Notes under the pieces: generated by a model | Seen by the model: the letters and a program-made list of their open reading frames with translations, nothing else | What the model was told of the DNA's origin: nothing | The model's database searches: none | From: Dickeya dadantii NCPPB 898 | Lineage (GTDB): Bacteria; Pseudomonadota; Gammaproteobacteria; Enterobacterales; Enterobacteriaceae | Length of the DNA: 32,000 nt | Assembly (NCBI RefSeq): GCF_000406145.1 | Contig: NZ_CM001976.1 | Coordinates: forward strand, 4,177,472-4,209,471 | Direction of reading: 5' to 3' | Translations under genes and position numbers: made by a program | In this document: in pieces, positions 18,908 to 27,852 of the stretch | Layout: every line of letters starts with the position of its first letter | How positions within the stretch are numbered: the first letter of the stretch is position 1

Positions 18908-19726
18908 ATGTCTGAAGCCATTGATCTCTATTCCATCCCGCGTACCGCGCCCCGCCCCGTAACCGAAAAAGGCCGGATCGACATTCAGGGGGTCGGCAAG
19001 TGGTTCGGCGCGCACCGGGCGCTGGATAACATCAGCCTGACGCTGCCGCCCGGTTCGGTCACGGTGATTATCGGGCCGTCCGGTTCCGGCAAATCCACCC
19101 TGCTGCGTACCATCAACCATCTGGAGCGGGTGGACGAAGGCACCATCCGTATCGACGGCGACTACATCGGCTACCGCCGCGAAGGCGATACGCTGTACGA
19201 ACTGAAAGAACGGGAAATTCTGCGCCAGCGCCTCGGCGTCGGTTACGTCTTCCAGAATTTCAACCTGTTCCCGCACCTAACGGTGCTGGAAAACATTATT
19301 GAAGCGCCGCGGGTGCACCGGTTGTACCGCCGTGCGCAGGCGCAGAGCGTAGCGCTGGCGCTGCTGGACCGGGTCGGATTACGCCACAAGGCGAACGCTT
19401 ACCCGCGCCACCTCTCCGGCGGGCAGCAACAACGCATCGCCATCGCCCGCGCGCTGGCGCTCAACCCCAAGGTGATGCTGTTTGACGAACCGACCTCGGC
19501 GCTGGACCCGGAACTGGTGGGCGAGGTGCTGGACGTGATCAAGGATCTGGCGCGATCCGGCGTGACGATGGTGATCGTTACCCATGAGATCGGTTTCGCG
19601 CGCGAAGTGGCGGATCGGGTGGTGTTTATGGTGGACGGCAGAATCGTGGAAAGCGGCGACGCGCAGCAGGTGCTGAACCATCCAGCCCATCCGCGCACCG
19701 TCAGCTTTTTAAACAAGGTGCTCTAA
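18908..19726 (+). CDS. Amino acid ABC transporter ATP-binding protein
   Basis: Walker A is 'GPSGSGKST', the signature is '[15 protein letters not shown]', Walker B is '[11 protein letters not shown]' and the H-loop is 'VTHEIGFA'. Confidence 0.93.
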   Translation: MSEAIDLYSIPRTAPRPVTEKGRIDIQGVGKWFGAHRALDNISLTLPPGSVTVIIGPSGSGKSTLLRTINHLERVDEGTIRIDGDYIGYRREGDTLYELKEREILRQRLGVGYVFQNFNLFPHLTVLENIIEAPRVHRLYRRAQAQSVALALLDRVGLRHKANAYPRHLSGGQQQRIAIARALALNPKVMLFDEPTSALDPELVGEVLDVIKDLARSGVTMVIVTHEIGFAREVADRVVFMVDGRIVESGDAQQVLNHPAHPRTVSFLNKVL

Positions 19727-19729
19727 GCT

Positions 19730-19785
19730 GGGTCCCAATAGATTGGGTCTCAATAGATTGTGTCTCAATAGATTGTGTCCCAATT
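19730..19785. repeat. 15-bp tandem repeat, about 3.7 copies (gggtctcaatagatt)
   Basis: Units are at 19730-19744, 19745-19759, 19760-19774 and a partial unit at 19775-19785, with 1-2 substitutions between units. The array sits between two convergent genes. Confidence 0.9.
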
Positions 19786-19803
19786 CCCCGGCTGACGCCG
19801 GGG
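19786..19803. terminator. GC hairpin between convergent genes (weak terminator candidate)
   Basis: ccccggc tgac gccgggg forms a 7-bp stem. There is no clear U-tract on either strand. Confidence 0.35.
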
Positions 19804-19811
19804 AGAGCGGG

Positions 19812-20822
19812 TTATTTCAGTCGTTCACGCAGTTCGGTGGACGCCTGCAACAGCGCGGCGCGGGTGGCCGGTACATCGCTCAGCGCATTCAGCAGACCGA
19901 AGTCATGGATCATGCCGTTATAGCGCGTGACGGTGACATCCACCCCGGCGGCGTCCAGCTTACGGCCGTAGGCTTCGCCTTCGTCGCGCAGCACGTCCAG
20001 TTCCGCGGTTTGAATCAGCGCCGGCGGCAAGCCTTTCAGCTGTTCGCGGGTGCCCTGCAGCGGCGAGGCCAGAATATCGCGGCGCTGCTTGCCGTCGGTG
20101 GTGTAGGCATCCCAGAACCATTTCATCATGTTGCGGCTCAGGAAATAACCATTCTGGAACTGCTGGTAAGACGCGGTGTTGAAGTTAGCGTCGGTCACCG
20201 GCCAGAACATCACCTGATAGCGAATACGCGGCGTACCGGCCTGTTTGGCCTGCTGCGCCACTGCCGCCACCATGTTGCCGCCCACGCTGTTGCCCGCCAG
20301 CGCCAGTCGTGAACCGTCAACGCCGATGTCTTTGCCGTTTTCCGCTACCCAGCGGGTCGCGGCGTACGCCTGACGAATCGCTACCGGATAATGCACTTCC
20401 GGCGACCGCGAGTAATCGACGAACACTGCCGCCGCGCCGGACTGTACCACCAGGTCACGCACGAAGCGTTCATGCGTCTGGTAATCCCCCAGAATCCAGC
20501 CGCCGCCGTGGAAGAACATGAACACTGGCAGAATGCCGGTGCTGCCCGCTGGTTTGACGATAATCAGCGGGATCTTCTGACCGTCAACGGTAATGGTTTT
20601 CTGGGTGACGTCGGCCGCCGGCAGTTTCGCGCCCGCCTGCGCCCCCACCAGCACTTCACGCGCTTCAGCCGGCGACAACTGTTCAAGAGGCTTGCCGCCG
20701 CCCGCGTTCAGTTTGTCCAGAAACGCCTGCACATGACGTTCAACATACGGCGCGTTGTTATCCGCTGCGGCGGCATTTCCGGTTACGGCGGCCAGCAAGG
20801 CTGCGACAAGACATTTTCTCAT
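19812..20822 (-). CDS. Secreted alpha/beta-hydrolase, hormone-sensitive-lipase (family IV) type esterase
   Basis: The signal peptide is 'MRKCLVAALLAAVTGNAAAA'. The oxyanion motif is 'HGGGW' and the nucleophile elbow is 'GNSVGG'. The candidate acid is in 'ELDVLRDEG' and the candidate His in 'GMIHDF'. Confidence 0.85.
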   Translation of the reverse strand: MRKCLVAALLAAVTGNAAAADNNAPYVERHVQAFLDKLNAGGGKPLEQLSPAEAREVLVGAQAGAKLPAADVTQKTITVDGQKIPLIIVKPAGSTGILPVFMFFHGGGWILGDYQTHERFVRDLVVQSGAAAVFVDYSRSPEVHYPVAIRQAYAATRWVAENGKDIGVDGSRLALAGNSVGGNMVAAVAQQAKQAGTPRIRYQVMFWPVTDANFNTASYQQFQNGYFLSRNMMKWFWDAYTTDGKQRRDILASPLQGTREQLKGLPPALIQTAELDVLRDEGEAYGRKLDAAGVDVTVTRYNGMIHDFGLLNALSDVPATRAALLQASTELRERLK

Positions 20823-20892
20823 GGTGAATTACCCTGTTGTTAAGTGAAAAAGAGTTTATTTTTTAACAAATTACACTTACTTCTCACCTGAC

Positions 20893-21318
20893 TCAGATAA
20901 CAGTCAGTGTTACATCGATGTTGCCGCGTGTCGCATTGGAGTACGGGCAGACGATGTGCGCTTTCTGTACCAGCTCTTCCGCTACCGCACGGTCCAGACC
21001 TGGCAGAGAGATTTTCAGTTCAACTTCGATGCCGAAACCGTTCGGAATCGCACCGATCCCCACGCTACCGTTAATGGTGGTGCCCGCCGGAATCGACACT
21101 TTGTCGCGGGCGCCGACGAACTTCAGCGCGCCCAGGAAACAGGCGGAGTAACCGGCCGCGAACAGCTGCTCCGGGTTGGTGCCTTCACCGCCGGCGCCGC
21201 CCAGCTCACGCGGAGTGGTCAGCTTGACATCCAGCTGTTGGTCGGAAGAGACCGCCCGACCATCACGGCCGCCGTTAGCCTGGGCATGTGCAACGTAGAG
21301 AACTTTTTCAATAGACAT
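20893..21318 (-). CDS. ohr: Organic hydroperoxide resistance protein (Ohr/OsmC family)
   Basis: '[29 protein letters not shown]', '[14 protein letters not shown]' and '[12 protein letters not shown]' carry the two conserved Cys residues. Two adjacent ATGs exist. The second (21318) is better spaced from AGGAG, but 21321 is possible. Confidence 0.9.
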   Translation of the reverse strand: MSIEKVLYVAHAQANGGRDGRAVSSDQQLDVKLTTPRELGGAGGEGTNPEQLFAAGYSACFLGALKFVGARDKVSIPAGTTINGSVGIGAIPNGFGIEVELKISLPGLDRAVAEELVQKAHIVCPYSNATRGNIDVTLTVI

Positions 21319-21362
21319 CATGTGACTCCTGTGGATGGATTACGCTTATTTGTATCGTTAAA

Positions 21363-21386
21363 AATTAAATCGTACACTACTTAATT
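21363..21386. promoter_or_regulatory. AT-rich inverted repeat upstream of ohr; candidate OhrR operator
   Basis: The repeat aattaa-N12-ttaatt lies 45-68 nt upstream of the ohr start. OhrR operators are AT-rich palindromes, but the exact site is not verified. Confidence 0.35.
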
Positions 21387-21392
21387 GGTGAT

Positions 21393-21420
21393 AAAAAAAC
21401 GCGGCCGGCAAGCACGCGTT
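21393..21420 (-). terminator. Possible terminator after ohrR
   Basis: The minus strand reads aacgcg-(11 nt)-cgcgtt followed by T7. The stem is short at 6 bp. Confidence 0.4.
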
Positions 21421-21436
21421 ACATCATATCGACTCA

Positions 21437-21922
21437 TCAAATATGTCTGATGAGGCTGGCGCGCAGCGTTTCCAGATCGTGCTTGATGGCACGCAACTGC
21501 TCGATATTACATTCTGACGCGCAGAACACGCCTTCCGGCACCGCCTGTGCTTTATTTTGCAGATCACGCCCGTCATCGGTCAGCTCAATCAGTACCTGAC
21601 GTTCATCTTCGGTGCCGCGACGGCGCGTTACCAGCCCCGCGGCTTGCAGGCGCTTGAGCAGCGGCGTCAGGGTAGCGGAATCCAGAAACAGGCGCTCACC
21701 CAGTTCAGATACCGTCACCCCATCGCGTTCCCACAGCACCAGCATCGCCAGATACTGGGGGTAGGTCAGGTTCAGCTCGGCCAGCAGGCGACGATACAAC
21801 TTGTTCATTGCCAGATTCGCCGAGTAGAGCGCGAAACAGAGCTGGCCATCCAGTCGGAAGGCGTCATCGCTCAATGCTGGTTTGGTGAATGTCGGTTTGG
21901 TGTCGGTATCATTTCTGTTCAT
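21437..21922 (-). CDS. ohrR: MarR-family organic hydroperoxide sensor/repressor
   Basis: '[24 protein letters not shown]...[14 protein letters not shown]' contains the sensing Cys in its usual context. The gene lies directly upstream of ohr. The start is set at 'MNRND' (ATG 21922). Confidence 0.85.
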   Translation of the reverse strand: MNRNDTDTKPTFTKPALSDDAFRLDGQLCFALYSANLAMNKLYRRLLAELNLTYPQYLAMLVLWERDGVTVSELGERLFLDSATLTPLLKRLQAAGLVTRRRGTEDERQVLIELTDDGRDLQNKAQAVPEGVFCASECNIEQLRAIKHDLETLRASLIRHI

Positions 21923-22012
21923 GGTCGCCACTCTACATCGCTCAAAATTAAATAGCAAACGATTTAGATTAAAAAATAACAAAAAACGGAAAATAAATTA
22001 TAATACATTGAT

Positions 22013-22048
22013 AATAAATAAAAACCGGCGAGTGACACCGCCGGTTTT
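22013..22048 (-). terminator. Rho-independent terminator downstream of abgT
   Basis: ccggcg-(8 nt)-cgccgg is extended by A/T pairs (22021-22030 pairs with 22039-22048). On the minus strand it is followed by TTTTTATTTATT. Confidence 0.8.
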
Positions 22049-22073
22049 CCATCAACGTCATGCAATACGGCGA

Positions 22074-23597
22074 TTATAAATGCGGATAAACCCCCGGCCC
22101 GATCGGCAGCCCCAGCAGATACCACACCACCAACAGCGCCAGCCAGACGGTAAAAAACACCAGCGGATACGGCAGCACCAGCGAGTAATAGGTGCCCAGC
22201 CGCGCCTCTTTGTTATAGCGCTGCAGGAATCCGAGGAATAACGGAATGAACGGCGACACCGGTGCCAGCGGGATCACCGACGAATCCGCCACCCGGAACA
22301 CGATCTGAGCAAACGCCGGATGAAAGCCCAGCAACATGAACATCGGTACGAAAATCGGCGCCAGAATCGACCAGATGGCCGAACCGCTGGCGATGAACAT
22401 GCACAGGAACGCCGACAGGAAGATCAGCCCGACAAACGCCGGTATCCCGGTCATACCCAGCGACTCCAGCAGGTCGGTCAGCCCGATGGCGATGAACTTG
22501 CCCATGTTGCTCCAGTTGAAGAACGCCACGAACTGCGACAGCGGAAACACCATCACGATGAAACCGGCCATGCCCTTCATCGGGTCCACCATCAGCTGTG
22601 GCAGGTCGTTCTGGGATTTGATTTGGCCGGTGACCATGCCGTAAGGAATCGACACCACGAAGAAAAACAGGATGATCAACGGCACGATGCCCTGAATAAA
22701 CGGCGACGGCATCACGGTATGTTTGACCGGATCGCGCAGCGGCCCCCACTCCGGCACCACCAGCAATGCGACGAGAGCGATGAACGCCAGCGCGGCGATA
22801 CCGCTGGCGCGCAGGCCACGGTTCTGCTCCGGCGTCAGCCGGGACAGATGCTCGTGACGCTCGCCCTGATACGGCGGCAGACGCGGCTCGATGAATTTGT
22901 CGGTCAGCAGCGCCCCGGCAATTGTCAATACCACCACCGACGCCGCCATGAAAAACCAGTTATCAATCACGCTGACATGCACCGCCGGATTGATGACCTT
23001 GGCCGATTCGGTGCTCAACCCGGACAACAACACATCGGTGGTGACGATCAGCAGATTAGCGGTAAAACCGGAGCCGACGCCGGCTATCGCCGCCAGCAGG
23101 CCGGCCACCGGATGACGGCCGACCGCCAGAAAAATCAGCGCGCCCAACGGCGGCATCACCACCAGCGCGGCATCCGACGAGATATGGCTGAAAAAAGCGA
23201 TAAACAGCACCATGTAGCTGGCATAGCGGGCGCTGACGCGCGAAGCCATTTTGTACATCAGCGTTTGCAGCAGGCCGACGCGCTCCGCCAGCCCGGCCCC
23301 CAGCACCAGCGCCAGAATGGCGCCCAGCGGGGTAAATCCACTGAAATTCTTGATGACGTTGGGCAAAATCCATTGCAACCCTTCCACGCTGAGCAGGTTT
23401 TTCACCCGCACCACTTCACCGTTGGCCGGGTTGGTGGCGGTAATGCCAAACCAGGAAAACAGCGCGCTGGCCGCCATTAACGCGGCGATCAGGTATACAA
23501 ACAACAGAAACGGATTGGGGATTTTGTTCCCCACCCGCTCTACCCACTGAAATAGCCCGCCCGGCTGCGGCTGGCTGCTTTCCGCTGTCACACTCAT
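22074..23597 (-). CDS. abgT: AbgT-family transporter (p-aminobenzoyl-glutamate / dipeptide-type importer)
   Basis: The protein is 507 aa and polytopic. 'VERVGNKIPNPFLLFVYL', 'GLAERVGLL' and 'FFSHISSDAALVVMPPLGALIFLAVGRHPVAGL' are AbgT hallmarks. An RBS AGAGGGGA lies upstream. Confidence 0.9.
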   Translation of the reverse strand: MSVTAESSQPQPGGLFQWVERVGNKIPNPFLLFVYLIAALMAASALFSWFGITATNPANGEVVRVKNLLSVEGLQWILPNVIKNFSGFTPLGAILALVLGAGLAERVGLLQTLMYKMASRVSARYASYMVLFIAFFSHISSDAALVVMPPLGALIFLAVGRHPVAGLLAAIAGVGSGFTANLLIVTTDVLLSGLSTESAKVINPAVHVSVIDNWFFMAASVVVLTIAGALLTDKFIEPRLPPYQGERHEHLSRLTPEQNRGLRASGIAALAFIALVALLVVPEWGPLRDPVKHTVMPSPFIQGIVPLIILFFFVVSIPYGMVTGQIKSQNDLPQLMVDPMKGMAGFIVMVFPLSQFVAFFNWSNMGKFIAIGLTDLLESLGMTGIPAFVGLIFLSAFLCMFIASGSAIWSILAPIFVPMFMLLGFHPAFAQIVFRVADSSVIPLAPVSPFIPLFLGFLQRYNKEARLGTYYSLVLPYPLVFFTVWLALLVVWYLLGLPIGPGVYPHL

Positions 23598-23614
23598 GGT
23601 TTTCCCCTCTGTAC

Positions 23615-23674
23615 TGAATTTTATGTGGTTGTTTTGTTGTGATTTATTGTGTTGTGGTTGGTATTGTTGTTATT
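23615..23674 (-). other. 60-nt G-free, C/A-rich tract in the abgT 5' leader
   Basis: The plus strand has no C from 23615 to 23674. The mRNA sense reads AAUAACAACAAUACCAACCACAACACAAUAAAUCACAACAAAACAACCACAUAAAAUU. Confidence 0.7.
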
Positions 23675-23725
23675 CGTGTTATCGCTTTTCGGGCAGCCGC
23701 GCGACTCGGCTTATCCGGCCCAGAG

Positions 23726-23752
23726 CTGCGTTGCGGGAACGGCGCAACGCAG
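23726..23752 (-). other. Perfect 10-bp GC-rich hairpin between abgB and abgT
   Basis: ctgcgttgcg ggaacgg cgcaacgcag. No U-tract follows on the minus strand. Confidence 0.7.
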
Positions 23753-23790
23753 GAAATCCCCAGGCAAAACCTCAAGAAAAAAATTTAAGA

Positions 23791-25242
23791 TCAATGTGAT
23801 AAGGGCGATGGCTGGATACCGGCCGGGATCGGGCAACGGTACGGCGTTTCCTGCCGCTGTTGCCGCCATTCCTGTCGGCAGGCCTGCAATAGCGCGCTAT
23901 CGGTAAACAGCGCCAGCGCGGTGGCCGACATCACTTTCGCCGCCAGCAGCATGCCCTTGTGCGCCAGCGAGGTGCGACCCTGCGCCACCGCCTGCCAGGT
24001 ATGCAGCGGCGTGCCGAGCGCGTAACAGGGACTGAAGCATTGGGCGGTCGGCACCAGCCAGCTGACATCCCCGACGTCGGTGGAGCCGGAAAGCAACGCG
24101 TCGGTCGGCGCATAGGGCGCGACCTGCGAGGTCAGCGCATGGCCTTTGAGCGAACGGCTGAACGCCTGACCGGCCGTGCCGCCGGTGCGGGCTATGCTCG
24201 AAAAATTGCTGGCGATGTCCTCGGCGCTCAGCGTCCGGACGATGTCGGCGGCGTAGTCCTGCTCCTGCGCGCTGTACGCCGGCACGCCAAACGCCTCGAC
24301 AAAACCGTACATCGCCTGTTCCAACGTCCGGTTGGGCACATAGTTGGAACAAGCCTTATCAAAGCGCACCGTCAGAGTGGTATCGGTCATCAGCGCCGCG
24401 CCCCGGGCGATATTCACCACCCGCTCATAGATAGCCTGCGCCTGGTCGATCTGCGGGGCGCGCACCAGATACAACACTTCGGCGTCCGCCTGCACCACGT
24501 TGGGCGAATGGCCGCCGGTGTCGGTCACGGCGTAATGCAGCCGGGCTTCGGGAATGATGTGCTCGCGCAGGAAATTGGCGCCGGTGTTCATCAGCGTCAC
24601 CGCGTCCAGCGCGCTGCGCCCCAGATGCGGCGCGGCCGCCGCGTGCGCCGCCACGCCCTTGAAACGGAACGCGGCCTGAATGTTGGCCAGCGTTGGGGTG
24701 CAGAACATGCCGCTGAAGGTTTCCGGGTGCCAGGTCAGCGCCGCATCCACATCGTCGAACACGCCTTCGCGCGCCATAAAGGTTTTGCCGGAACCGCCCT
24801 CTTCCCCCGGGCAGCCGTAAAAACGGACGGTGCCGGCCTGCGGGTGTTGTTCCAGCCAGGCTTTGACCGCCAGCACCCCGCCCAGCCCGGCGGTGCCGAG
24901 CAGGTTGTGGCCGCAGCCGTGACCGTTACCGCCCGCCGCCAGCGGCGCCGGTGCGGCGCAGCCGGCCTGTTGACTCAACCCGGCCAGCGCGTCGAATTCG
25001 CCCAGCAGCGCCACCACCGGCTTACCGCTGCCAAAGCTGGCGACGAACGCGGTGTCGATACCGGCGATGCCGCGCTGCACGCTGAAGCCTTCCGCTTCCA
25101 GCGTGCCGGCCAGCCGTTCGGCCGAGTAATGCTCGGTAAAACGGGTTTCCGGGTGATCCCAGATATCATCCGCGATGGCGGCCAGCTGTTGCGCGCGGGC
25201 GGCCAGCGCGTCGTTAACCAATCCGACGATCGCCTGGGTCAT
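23791..25242 (-). CDS. abgB: M20-family amidohydrolase, p-aminobenzoyl-glutamate hydrolase subunit B-like
   Basis: The protein is 483 aa, compared with about 481 aa for E. coli AbgB. Metal-site motifs are '[10 protein letters not shown]' and '[12 protein letters not shown]'. An ATGA overlap joins it to abgA at 25239-25242. Confidence 0.85.
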   Translation of the reverse strand: MTQAIVGLVNDALAARAQQLAAIADDIWDHPETRFTEHYSAERLAGTLEAEGFSVQRGIAGIDTAFVASFGSGKPVVALLGEFDALAGLSQQAGCAAPAPLAAGGNGHGCGHNLLGTAGLGGVLAVKAWLEQHPQAGTVRFYGCPGEEGGSGKTFMAREGVFDDVDAALTWHPETFSGMFCTPTLANIQAAFRFKGVAAHAAAAPHLGRSALDAVTLMNTGANFLREHIIPEARLHYAVTDTGGHSPNVVQADAEVLYLVRAPQIDQAQAIYERVVNIARGAALMTDTTLTVRFDKACSNYVPNRTLEQAMYGFVEAFGVPAYSAQEQDYAADIVRTLSAEDIASNFSSIARTGGTAGQAFSRSLKGHALTSQVAPYAPTDALLSGSTDVGDVSWLVPTAQCFSPCYALGTPLHTWQAVAQGRTSLAHKGMLLAAKVMSATALALFTDSALLQACRQEWRQQRQETPYRCPIPAGIQPSPLSH

Positions 25243-26570
25243 TGCGCCTCCCCAAACTCGCGGATATTGAGCGCCAGCAGCGCCAGCGTTTTCACCGCCA
25301 CCGCCATCACGCTTTCGTCAAAATCGAACTTCTCGTTGTGATGCCCGGCGCTGAGTTCGGTGCCGAACACCGCGTAAGACGCCAGACCGCCGTGCGCCTT
25401 CACCCGTTCCATCAGGTAGGTGGCGTCTTCAGAGCCGGCCGCGCCGTCTTTGCGGTCGATAATGTGGCTCAGTTCACCGACCCGCCCGGCCTGACGGCGA
25501 ATAAACGCCACCCATTCCGGACTGGGCTGGCTGCACTGCGCCGCGCCCATCAGCGCGACATCCACCTCGACGCCGTGCATGGCGGCTGCGCCGTCGATCA
25601 CCTTCAGCGCCTGCTGATAGATAAATTCGTTAACCTCGTTGGTGGCGCCGCGGGTTTCCACTTTCATCATGGCGTGCGACGGCACCACATTGCGCCCGGT
25701 GCCGGCCTGCAACACGCCGACGTTGATGCGCGAACTGCCGCCGCTGTGGCGTGGAATGGCATGCAGCCCCAGCGTGGCCTGCGCCGCCGCCAGCAGAGCG
25801 TTGCGGCCCTCTTCCGGCCGGCCGCCGGCATGAGACGCCACGCCGCGGTAGGTGACGTCCAGCTTGGTGGTCGCCATGAACGTGTCGTTGCCGCACACCA
25901 GATGCCCGTTCGGAATACCGGTGCCGATATGAATGGCGGTGAAATAGTCCACGTCATCCACCACGCCTGCTTCCGCCATCGACTTACCGCCGCGGGTGCC
26001 CTCTTCCGCCGGCTGGAACAGAATCTTGATGGTGCCGCACAGTTGATCGCGCATCGCCATCAATACCTGCGCCAACCCCAGCCCAATGGTGGTATGACCG
26101 TCATGGCCGCAGGCATGCATCATGCCGGCGTTGCAGGAGGCGAACCCGTCGCGGAATGGGCGGTGATCGTCCGCCAGCTGTTCGTTAAGATCGAGCGCGT
26201 CCATATCGACGCGATACCCGATGACCGGGCCGGGGCGACCGGTGTCCAGCGTCGCCACGATGCCGGTAAAACCACCGGAGAAATAGGGCAGCCATTGCGG
26301 CAGCGCGCCCTGCGCCAGCGCCCGCTGTTCCTGCGCCTGCAATACCTCGGCCGGCGGCAGCCCCATGCGGGCGTCGGCGTTGATCACCTCCCGTCCGAGC
26401 TTAAGCGGGTAGCCCAACTGGTGCAGCGCTTCGGCGACCCGAGTGGCGGTACGAAACTCCAGCCAGCCGGATTCCGCATATTTATGCAAATCGCGGCGCG
26501 TTTCCCGCAGCCACGGAATGAGTTGTTCCACGCGTTGAGACAAATCGGAATAAAGAACGTCTGAGTGCAT
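25239..26570 (-). CDS. abgA: M20D-family amidohydrolase, p-aminobenzoyl-glutamate hydrolase subunit A-like
   Basis: It is collinear by eye with E. coli AbgA as I recall it: '[17 protein letters not shown]', 'LDTGRPGPV', '[18 protein letters not shown]', '[11 protein letters not shown]', '[11 protein letters not shown]'. Confidence 0.88.
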   Translation of the reverse strand: MHSDVLYSDLSQRVEQLIPWLRETRRDLHKYAESGWLEFRTATRVAEALHQLGYPLKLGREVINADARMGLPPAEVLQAQEQRALAQGALPQWLPYFSGGFTGIVATLDTGRPGPVIGYRVDMDALDLNEQLADDHRPFRDGFASCNAGMMHACGHDGHTTIGLGLAQVLMAMRDQLCGTIKILFQPAEEGTRGGKSMAEAGVVDDVDYFTAIHIGTGIPNGHLVCGNDTFMATTKLDVTYRGVASHAGGRPEEGRNALLAAAQATLGLHAIPRHSGGSSRINVGVLQAGTGRNVVPSHAMMKVETRGATNEVNEFIYQQALKVIDGAAAMHGVEVDVALMGAAQCSQPSPEWVAFIRRQAGRVGELSHIIDRKDGAAGSEDATYLMERVKAHGGLASYAVFGTELSAGHHNEKFDFDESVMAVAVKTLALLALNIREFGEAQ

Positions 26571-26686
26571 AAGCCTGTTTTCTCTGGTGGTGTTCTGATT
26601 CGAAGACGCCCGTGCAACGGACTGTCATTAACTGAAAAAAATGTACACAAACCCACCAGTGTGAATAAGATGTCAGGATCTTTGGC

Positions 26687-26707
26687 GTGATAAATCATAG
26701 TTATCAC
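26687..26707. promoter_or_regulatory. Dyad gtgataa-N7-ttatcac in the abgR/abgA divergent region; candidate LysR-type (T-N11-A) box
   Basis: A perfect 7-bp inverted repeat lies 24 nt upstream of the abgR ATG. The position is typical of an autoregulatory LTTR site. Confidence 0.45.
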
Positions 26708-26730
26708 CAGAACGGCGATCAGAGAACGAG

Positions 26731-27627
26731 ATGACTCAGAACGTAAAGCTGCATCAGTTGCAATCATTCGTAGAAGTGGCGCGCCACGGCAGCATCCGGG
26801 CCGCGTCGCGGCAGTTGAATCTGTCGCAACCGGCGCTGACTAAATCCATTCAGGAACTGGAAGCCTGTCTGGGCGCGCGCCTGTTTCTGCGCCACCGCCA
26901 GGGGATGGCGCTGACCGACTGCGGCGAAGCCTATTTCCGCCACGCCAGCCTGATTATGGAAGAGTTGCGCGTGGCGCGCGAAGACATCCAGCAGCGGCTC
27001 GGGCAGGCCAGCGGACGGGTCAATATCGGGGTCGGCGCCAGCATCGCCCACACGGTGATGCCGGAGATCGTCAGCCGTTTTCACCGGCTGTATCCGCAGG
27101 TCAAACTGCGGATCACCGAAGGGCAACTGGTGGCGATGATCCACGAGCTGCGGCAGGGGGAACTGGATTTCACCGTCAATACCTATTCCGGCTCGTCCTA
27201 TGATAACGAACTGTTATACGAAAAACTGATGGAAAAGGAATACTGCGTGGTAGTGCGGCGCGATCACCCGATTCAACGGGCGCATTCGCTGGAGGATTTA
27301 CTGGACTACGAGTGGACCATGCCCACCCCGCGCGGCAGTTACTACAAACAGCTGTTTGACCTGTTCGCCACGCTGCCGGTCACGCCCCGGGTCAGCGTCA
27401 CCTGCGAAACCCTGATGTCCAGCGTCAGTCTGGTCGCCAAAACCGACTTCATCAGCATCCTGTCGCGGGACGTCATCCGCGACCCGATCCTCGGCGAACG
27501 CCTGCGGGTGCTGGAGCTGGACCAGCCGCTGCCCAAAGCCACCTTCTATCTGATTCAACGCAAGGACACCATGCTGTCGCCGATGGGCGCTCAATTAGCC
27601 AAACTGTTTCGGCGGTATTGCCGGTAA
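26731..27627 (+). CDS. abgR: LysR-type transcriptional regulator divergent from abgABT
   Basis: The N-terminal wHTH is 'LHQLQSFVEVARHGSIRAASRQLNLSQPALTKSIQELE'. Length is 298 aa. The divergent arrangement matches E. coli abgR. Confidence 0.85.
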   Translation: MTQNVKLHQLQSFVEVARHGSIRAASRQLNLSQPALTKSIQELEACLGARLFLRHRQGMALTDCGEAYFRHASLIMEELRVAREDIQQRLGQASGRVNIGVGASIAHTVMPEIVSRFHRLYPQVKLRITEGQLVAMIHELRQGELDFTVNTYSGSSYDNELLYEKLMEKEYCVVVRRDHPIQRAHSLEDLLDYEWTMPTPRGSYYKQLFDLFATLPVTPRVSVTCETLMSSVSLVAKTDFISILSRDVIRDPILGERLRVLELDQPLPKATFYLIQRKDTMLSPMGAQLAKLFRRYCR

Positions 27628-27638
27628 CCGGCGCGATG

Positions 27639-27750
27639 AACGCGTCTGTGGTTTAACGCGTCTGTGGTTTAGCACATCGCTGGTTTAACGCATCGGAGGT
27701 TTAATGCATCGCTGGTTTAATGCATCGCTGGTTTAACGCATCGCTGATGC
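27639..27750. repeat. 16-bp tandem repeat array, 7 units (consensus aacgcatcgctggttt)
   Basis: Units start at 27639, 27655, 27671, 27687, 27703, 27719 and 27735. Units 1 and 2 are identical, as are units 5 and 6; the others differ by 1-4 nt. The array is contiguous with no spacers. Confidence 0.92.
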
Positions 27751-27786
27751 AAAAAAAAAACGGCGACCACCCGCAGGCCGTCGCCG
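27751..27786 (-). terminator. Rho-independent terminator of the chemoreceptor gene
   Basis: The minus strand reads CGGCGAC-(12 nt)-GTCGCCG followed by T10 (plus-strand A10 at 27751-27760). Confidence 0.8.
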
Positions 27787-27852
27787 TGGTGAATCTCACG
27801 CTAAAGTGAGGCTCACGCTAAAAGCGCCGCGTAAAGCCGGACACCACCGGGT

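Noticed and set aside
22320-23480. Long plus-strand ORFs antisense to abgT, abgB and abgA (22320-23480, 23959-25341, 25242-26564)
   Set aside because: Their translations are low-complexity and rich in R/H/Q/G/A with no recognisable motifs. They mirror well-supported genes on the other strand, which is the typical shadow-ORF pattern in GC-rich DNA.
23791-26570. The idea that abgA/abgB (M20 amidohydrolases) supply the missing deacetylase of the yxe-like operon
   Set aside because: They sit in their own abgR-regulated unit with a dedicated AbgT transporter, 4 kb away and on the opposite strand. Linkage alone does not support a shared pathway, though it is not excluded.
27639-27750. A CRISPR array as an explanation for the 16-bp repeats (and likewise for the 15-bp array at 19730)
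   Set aside because: The units are contiguous with no spacers and far shorter than CRISPR repeats, and there are no cas genes in the window.
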